DNA from: Candidatus Scalinduaceae bacterium
GTDB lineage: Bacteria > Planctomycetota > Brocadiia > Brocadiales > Scalinduaceae
Length of the DNA: 64,000 nucleotides
Direction of reading: 5' to 3'
NCBI GenBank assembly: GCA_046759445.1
Contig: JBHICG010000003.1
Span: 1 to 64,000, forward strand
In this document: positions 58,745 to 64,000 of the stretch, piece by piece
Layout of the letters: every line of letters begins with the position of its first letter
How positions within the stretch are numbered: the first letter of the stretch is position 1
Position numbers and translations under genes: made by a program
Notes under the pieces: generated by a model
Seen by the model: the letters and a program-made list of their open reading frames with translations, nothing else
The model's database searches: none
What the model was told of the DNA's origin: nothing

Positions 58745-59170
58745 TCATCCAGATAAATCAATCTCTATTTTGGTATTATCAGTATTGTTGTATTCCACCT
58801 TTGGGTTGTTCCTTATACTATCCCATGAATTTCTTAATTCTGATAAAATCCCTTTTGCATTATCTAATGCTTTTGTGTTCAAATTCATTTCTGCATCGGT
58901 TATCTCGTGTATGACAAAGTCATATAATTGTGATAGTCGCGAAGCTATCTCTCCCCCTTTATCCTTGTCAAGTGATGCCAACAGCTCAAATACGATATTT
59001 TTTACCTTAGTTAACAAATTCCCTTTTTCTTCATATTTCTTCTCTGATATTTCTTCCTTTGCCTTTTCAATGGAGGATATTGCTCTATCATATAACATTA
59101 AAATCAGGCTTAATTGATCGGCAGTTTCAACTTGTGATTTTTTATATGAATCAGCGTTATATGTCTTCAT
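58745..59170 (-). CDS. fliS: Flagellin chaperone FliS
   Basis: LILMLYDRAI, ELLASLD..GGEIA..L..LYDF, ELRNSW. Confidence 0.96.
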   Translation of the reverse strand: MKTYNADSYKKSQVETADQLSLILMLYDRAISSIEKAKEEISEKKYEEKGNLLTKVKNIVFELLASLDKDKGGEIASRLSQLYDFVIHEITDAEMNLNTKALDNAKGILSELRNSWDSIRNNPKVEYNNTDNTKIEIDLSG

Positions 59171-59199
59171 TTATTTCCCCCAATTCTTAAGAATGACCC

Positions 59200-59515
59200 G
59201 CTTCGGGAGAGACTCCCGAAGCACAAGAGAATTTTAAAATTTATTATAATTGCATGAGTTCGGGAAATTGTTTTCCAATCCCCCCCTTCCCCCTTTGATA
59301 AAGGGGGTAATCCCCCTCAGTCCCCCTTTGGAAAAGGGGGATATAGGGGGATTTTCTTCTGCATCTGGATTACCCGTCCGAACGGCACCTGCCCGAAAGA
59401 CATGGTCGGGCGTGTGGCTGGGCGGGCAGCCGCTACAAAGGAACAGGCATCTTTCTTTTTGAAAAAAAGAAGCCTGTTCCTTTGATATTCCGTGTTTTTC
59501 CGTTGTGAACTTCGT
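59200..59515. repeat. Cluster of several distinct palindromic elements between fliD and fliS
   Basis: Hairpin 59200-59222; CCCCCTTT/AAAGGGGG units 59277-59353; CCCGTCCG..GGGCGGG 59373-59426; 13-bp stem 59436-59484. Confidence 0.8.
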
Positions 59516-59517
59516 GT

Positions 59518-62500
59518 CTAACTCAATAACTTAGTTAGTGAGCCAAGTTGTTGTGTCAAAAATGAACTTATTGATTGAAGTCTTGAAAGAGATATTTCTA
59601 GTTGAACAAATTGATTCTCTATCTTTATTTGTTCTAATGCTAAACGTCCTTCCATACCCTCAATTGTATCTTGTAGATTATCAACTGTTACTTGAATACC
59701 ATCCATCCTAATCGTGAGGAGACCATCAAATTGGTCAGTAAAGGAGTCAAGGTCGTTGTACATCTCCTCTCCAACTCCTATTGTCAGCTTTACGTTGCCC
59801 TTCGAGCCTGTGGTTGTAGAGGCAACATTTATCGAGAGCCCCCCAACACTTGTTGTGGATCCGGTATCACCGGTTAAGATCTGTCCTACACCGGTAGCAG
59901 CCTCGCCGTTTATGGTACCCGCAACATCGGCGCCAACGAAGGTACCGGCTGTTCCAGTGAGAGCGTTCATCTCAGTTATTGTAAAACCCTGAGCGCTTCC
60001 AAAGCTATCATGTGTGATTACGAGTTGATCGCTGCCATCTTTAGATGCCGTAATTTCCATTGCATATTTTCCAGTTATACCGCCTGTATTTGTTGTTAAT
60101 ACCGTCCCAAAGTCCAGATTACGTCCTGCAGGTTCTGTTATCGCAATTGAGAGTTGGCTGTCTCCAACTGTATTGTCTGTTAACACTATCTCTCCCGAGC
60201 TATTGATTGTGGCTGATATACTGTTACTATATGCGCTTTCTATTGCAGAAAGAAAACCTTGAACTGTATCTGTAGAGACGTCACTTATTGTATATGAACC
60301 ACTTATAGATAGTCCTGAACGTGTTGTTCCTGTAAAGGAAATTATATCACCATTTACCAAGTCGCTTGCGTCTCCACCTGTATTAATCTCAGAGAATTTT
60401 GTGCTGCTGGTTATTACACCTCCACCTGCGGCGGTGGTTTTAGAGTTGGCTACACTTCCAACAAGGGTTTGTGTGCGTTCTATATCGAGTTCCGAATTGA
60501 TGGCATTGACAATATTGTCTATAGAGCTGCCATTTTGTCCGGCGTTTCCATCAAGGGTTATGGTTGCAACCCTGCCAGTAGCGGTATCCGTAATCGTTAA
60601 TGTCTCGGTATTTCCTGCTCCTATTCCATTGGTAAGGATGTTTCCGGTCACGGTTGCCTGAGTAGCAACTGTGGTAATGTTAACTGCGTACTCGCCTGCT
60701 ATAGTATTTTTATTATGCCCTATAAACGTAATCTCGCTATTTGTTGCCGTACCTTCCGCAATAAACATCCTCTTGACGGCATTGAAGTCAGAGCTGATTG
60801 CTGACAGGAAATCACTATCTTTTAAAGACAACTTACCATTTACGTCAGAGGTTATTCCAATCAAAGAAAGGGCATTTGAACCACCTGGTAGTAAAGAAAT
60901 GGTGCTCGTAATTGTTGATTGAATAATACTCTTAATTGAAGATAAGAAGGTTTCACCTGAAAGGATACCAGCGCTTTCTGTTTCTTCATTAAACGTGAAT
61001 TGATCGTTTATAAATTCAATGACGCCGTTATAGGCAGATACAAAATCATTCACACTGGATTTAATGCTATCCGTATCTCTGGACACAGTCAGGTTTACGG
61101 TGGTGCCGTTTTCGATCCTTGATAAGTCTATGGTAACCCCGCTTATGACGTCATCAATTGAATTGGTACTTCGCGTAACGGCGACACCATCAATTTTTAC
61201 ATTTGCATCCTGCCCTGCCGTAGTTTGCATGGTGAAACCCTGGGTTGTTGCGGAGACAACGCCAAAATCAAGTGTACCACCACCCTCATTGTTAGTTATT
61301 ATGTCTACACTCAATTGACTATCTCCGGCAGTGTCGTCTGTTATCACAATCTGCCCTGTAGCATCTATTGTCGCACTGCCTGCAGTAAGGCCAAATACTG
61401 TTTCTATCTGTGTTAATAGTCCCTGAATAGTATCGGTATTTATATTGCTTATTGTATATGTCCCAGATACAGAATTTCCATTGTGGTCTGTTCCCGATAT
61501 AGTGATTGTATCATTATTCTGAACATTATTTAAACCTCCACCTGTATCTATATCATCAAATGTTGTACCGGAGTCGATTGCAAGTCCTGTAGAAACCTTT
61601 ATATTCGCTGTAGATGCCGTGTGAACTTCTGCGACGGAACTTTGCTGCCCTTCAAGGATACCTAAGGTTTCAAGTATATTATTGCTATCTGTAAAGGACG
61701 TGGTGCCGCTAATATCGATTCGGAAAGTAGTTACACCATTAGTAGTCGTACTCACAACGGAGGCTGTTCCTTTTGATGCTGCTGTAAGTGCAGTATTGAT
61801 ATTGCCGGCAATAGTAGATAGAGATTCGCTGGAAAGGTCTATAACGATGTTTTCACCCGCAATGGTTACAGTACCATTCTGAGCATTTGTCAAATTGAGT
61901 AGAGATTTAATAGTAGTTTCGCTGTTAGAGAATTCATCTGATTTAGCGCCATCACTTGTAGAGTTCTTAATTGTGGTACTGCCATTAGTAAGGCCTAGTG
62001 TTTGGAGTATGTTTGTGGCACCGGATGATGCATCGAGTATGCTGAATGAATCTTTACCTGTATTATCACTTGTAAGGATCAGGCGATTGTCTGTACTTGA
62101 GACAGAAAGTATGGTAGCCGTTACTCCCGTTGCATTAGAGCCAGAGTTGGCATTGTTAATCTTAGTGGCAATATCAGCAAGAGTGTCTGTTGTGATAACG
62201 GTTATTGCCTTACCGTTTATTACAAAATCACCTGAAAGATTTAGCGCCGTTGATGTGCTGCTATAACTCTGCGATGATAATTGTCTTGCCTGTGCTAATT
62301 GTGATGAAGATGTAAATTGTACCGTGTGGGTGCCAGGGCTTGCATCAGTTGTTGTTAAGACTGAGAGGAGGTCACTTGCCTTGAAATTAGTTGAGTTGGT
62401 TGATATTGCCGATTTAAAGACATTGAAAGTCTTACTATCTTTAAGTGTACTTGCCTTAGATTTGAAGTCTAATAACTGTGTGTTAAAGGATTGATAAGCC

Positions 62501-62637
62501 TTTAGTTTGTTACTCTGTGCGGTTTGGTTGTTAACAACTACATCGATACGTTTTCTGCTTATGGAGATAAGTTGTTGGATTAAGGTTGCAGTATCAAGGC
62601 CGGAAATCAAACCACCTATAGAACTTGTGCCAGGCAT
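59518..62637 (-). CDS. fliD: Filament cap protein FliD, unusually large
   Basis: GLISGLDTATLIQQL N-terminus; QDANVKIDG...NSIDDVISGVTI; C-terminal QFVQLE...LTQQL. Confidence 0.95.
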   Translation of the reverse strand: MPGTSSIGGLISGLDTATLIQQLISISRKRIDVVVNNQTAQSNKLKAYQSFNTQLLDFKSKASTLKDSKTFNVFKSAISTNSTNFKASDLLSVLTTTDASPGTHTVQFTSSSQLAQARQLSSQSYSSTSTALNLSGDFVINGKAITVITTDTLADIATKINNANSGSNATGVTATILSVSSTDNRLILTSDNTGKDSFSILDASSGATNILQTLGLTNGSTTIKNSTSDGAKSDEFSNSETTIKSLLNLTNAQNGTVTIAGENIVIDLSSESLSTIAGNINTALTAASKGTASVVSTTTNGVTTFRIDISGTTSFTDSNNILETLGILEGQQSSVAEVHTASTANIKVSTGLAIDSGTTFDDIDTGGGLNNVQNNDTITISGTDHNGNSVSGTYTISNINTDTIQGLLTQIETVFGLTAGSATIDATGQIVITDDTAGDSQLSVDIITNNEGGGTLDFGVVSATTQGFTMQTTAGQDANVKIDGVAVTRSTNSIDDVISGVTIDLSRIENGTTVNLTVSRDTDSIKSSVNDFVSAYNGVIEFINDQFTFNEETESAGILSGETFLSSIKSIIQSTITSTISLLPGGSNALSLIGITSDVNGKLSLKDSDFLSAISSDFNAVKRMFIAEGTATNSEITFIGHNKNTIAGEYAVNITTVATQATVTGNILTNGIGAGNTETLTITDTATGRVATITLDGNAGQNGSSIDNIVNAINSELDIERTQTLVGSVANSKTTAAGGGVITSSTKFSEINTGGDASDLVNGDIISFTGTTRSGLSISGSYTISDVSTDTVQGFLSAIESAYSNSISATINSSGEIVLTDNTVGDSQLSIAITEPAGRNLDFGTVLTTNTGGITGKYAMEITASKDGSDQLVITHDSFGSAQGFTITEMNALTGTAGTFVGADVAGTINGEAATGVGQILTGDTGSTTSVGGLSINVASTTTGSKGNVKLTIGVGEEMYNDLDSFTDQFDGLLTIRMDGIQVTVDNLQDTIEGMEGRLALEQIKIENQFVQLEISLSRLQSISSFLTQQLGSLTKLLS

Positions 62638-62660
62638 TTAAACTCCCATACGTTTATTAT

Positions 62661-62703
62661 GGATTGCAGATTTCGGATTAAGAGAAATGAATTCGAAAAC
62701 CAC
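62661..62703 (+). repeat. Isolated left end of the heptamer cassette
   Basis: 36/43 identical to 4097-4139. Confidence 0.65.
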
Positions 62704-62727
62704 TTTCCAAGATTTTTAAATAATATT

Positions 62728-62961
62728 TTAAAGACAACTAATAGGGTGAAGTTCTCGTATTATCCCTTTTGGATGTGACGTATATTCGAACAAGTGTCTT
62801 GACCTATTTATCTTCTCAATTTCATATGCATATTCATTGGTTAATCTCTCTACTGCTGCCTTATTAGTCTTTTTTGCCTTTTCAATGTCTTCAGGAGTAG
62901 CATACCAGCAGTACCAATTAATAAAGTTTCTTTTTTCCTGTTCTTTTTCTATCCCAACCAT
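62728..62961 (-). CDS. Hypothetical 77-aa protein preceding fliD
   Basis: AAGGAG RBS before the ATG at 62961; NWYCWYATPEDI motif; sigma54 promoter just upstream. Confidence 0.7.
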   Translation of the reverse strand: MVGIEKEQEKRNFINWYCWYATPEDIEKAKKTNKAAVERLTNEYAYEIEKINRSRHLFEYTSHPKGIIRELHPISCL

Positions 62962-62991
62962 AAGATTATCTCCTTTTTCCATTTTTGATAT

Positions 62992-63007
62992 CGCAATATT
63001 AGTACCA
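62992..63007 (-). promoter_or_regulatory. sigma54 promoter of the fliD operon
   Basis: TGGTACTAATATTGCG; box GGAAAAAATTTAC at 63124-63136. Confidence 0.75.
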
Positions 63008-63152
63008 AAAATTTATTAATTTTGTCTTAACTTATTGTTGTTACAAGACAATGACTTATAAATTGTTTATGACGTATCCGTTTTATACTAAAAAATTTAA
63101 CAGGTTAAAATTCACATGCAGTGGTAAATTTTTTCCCCTAACTTCAGAATTA

Positions 63153-63692
63153 GTCAAATTGTTAAATAGTTAAATGGTCGATTAGTATAATTCAAATACA
63201 TTTTGAAATTAGCTATTTATCTATTTAACGAATCAACCATTTAACCATTTAACTCTTTCACGATTATTCGTATTTTTTCCTATTCTTAAGATATTTTATG
63301 TAGCCATTGAGAATTATTATGGCTGTTTTTATTTCATCAATCATTTTTTCGGATTTGGTATTTTCCATATACTTACATTCTTCGGCTACGAGAATATGGT
63401 CTATCAACTCATAAAGTGATCCACGCGATTGTCTACAGAATTGTATGTTCTCTTGGTAATGAAATCGCCCGTATCCTTCTGCTATACAAGCTGTTGAAGA
63501 TCTTGATGCCCTGATCATTTGATCTGATAATCTGTGTTTTTCTTCTTTAGAAAAATTATTGCATAACTGCCAGACCTTCTTTCTTATGTCTCTACATCGT
63601 TGCCAAACTTCCAGATCACGAAAATCATTGTACTTCGATTCTGCCATTTAACCATTTCTCAATTTAACAATTCAGCTATTTGACCATTTAAC
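63153..63692. repeat. Octamer (AACCATTT/AAATGGTT) ladders around the second four-helix-bundle gene
   Basis: Units at 63650-63692 and 63211-63258 (same sense) and 63156-63187 (inverted). Confidence 0.85.
63264..63647 (-). CDS. Four-helix-bundle protein (23S rRNA IVP / PF05635-like)
   Basis: FRDLEVWQ...EEKHRLSDQMIRAS...IAEGYGR...SRGSLYEL. Confidence 0.93.
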   Translation of the reverse strand: MAESKYNDFRDLEVWQRCRDIRKKVWQLCNNFSKEEKHRLSDQMIRASRSSTACIAEGYGRFHYQENIQFCRQSRGSLYELIDHILVAEECKYMENTKSEKMIDEIKTAIIILNGYIKYLKNRKKYE

Positions 63693-63709
63693 GACACCAG
63701 TCTATGTAT

Positions 63710-63743
63710 AAAAAAGGGAGGGTGGTATATTACCACCCTCCCT
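63710..63743 (-). terminator. Intrinsic terminator of flagellin
   Basis: AGGGAGGGTGGTA-ATA-TACCACCCTCCCT followed by a T-tract on the minus strand. Confidence 0.9.
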
Positions 63744-63785
63744 GCTTACTTATATTGCAACAAACTTAATAAGCGTTTATGTTGC

Positions 63786-64000
63786 TTAACCAAGTAGACT
63801 CAATACTGCCTGCGGTGCAAGGTTGGCCTGTGCAAGCATTGCAGTACCTGCCTGAATCAATATCTGATTCTTGGTAAAGGAGACTGTCTCAAAAGCCAGA
63901 TCAGCATCACGAATGATAGATTCTGCGGCAGATAAGTTTTCAATGCTTGTAGCCAGGTTAGCGCTGGCGAATCCAAGCCTGTTTTGTGCAGAACCAATAT
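63786..64000 (-). CDS. fliC: Flagellin, C-terminal part (truncated by the window edge)
   Basis: IGSAQNRL...[14 protein letters not shown]...[26 protein letters not shown]. Confidence 0.97.
   Translation of the reverse strand, partial: IGSAQNRLGFASANLATSIENLSAAESIIRDADLAFETVSFTKNQILIQAGTAMLAQANLAPQAVLSLLG

Noticed and set aside
59250..59462. 70-aa ORF
   Set aside because: Reads through stacked palindromes, antisense to the operon
63153..63692. CRISPR array
   Set aside because: Units are 7-8 bp contiguous degenerate repeats without unique spacers; no cas genes

Overview
AT-rich bacterial window (roughly one-third GC by eye) that is almost entirely a motility super-cluster. It holds a minus-strand chemotaxis operon (cheY-cheX-CheC/REC-cheA-cheW-mcp-cheD-cheC-cheY-cheR-DGC-cheB) and, on the plus strand, flgM, a regulatory block (two sigma54 activators, a PAS kinase, an orphan DHp protein, a REC-pseudo-PP2C protein, four TPR proteins) and the basal-body, motor and export genes flgB to fliA. 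Next come a c-di-GMP block (5 HD-GYP, 1 REC-GGDEF) and a minus-strand fliC-fliD-fliS-flgN-like block. Gene style suggests a planctomycete of the anammox (Brocadiales/Scalindua-like) type, but that is inference only. The most unusual signal is non-coding. Two PF05635-type four-helix-bundle genes each sit inside inverted ladders of their own short periodic repeat (7-mer ATTTCGG versus 8-mer AAATGGTT). An 'empty' copy of the first cassette (both ends, no gene) lies about 0.9 kb away in the opposite orientation, which suggests a transposase-free mobile or RNA-excisable cassette. Small palindromic elements are also inserted in frame in flhF and the fleS-like kinase, and one splits a start codon. 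About 12 sigma54 and 2 sigma28 promoter motifs, plus two classes of paired upstream boxes, can be read directly. Protein oddities include a MotB paralog lacking the ion-binding Asp, CheA with MshEN-like repeats, a NarX/PilJ-type chemoreceptor and a 1039-aa FliD. All identities were counted by eye; no searches were run.
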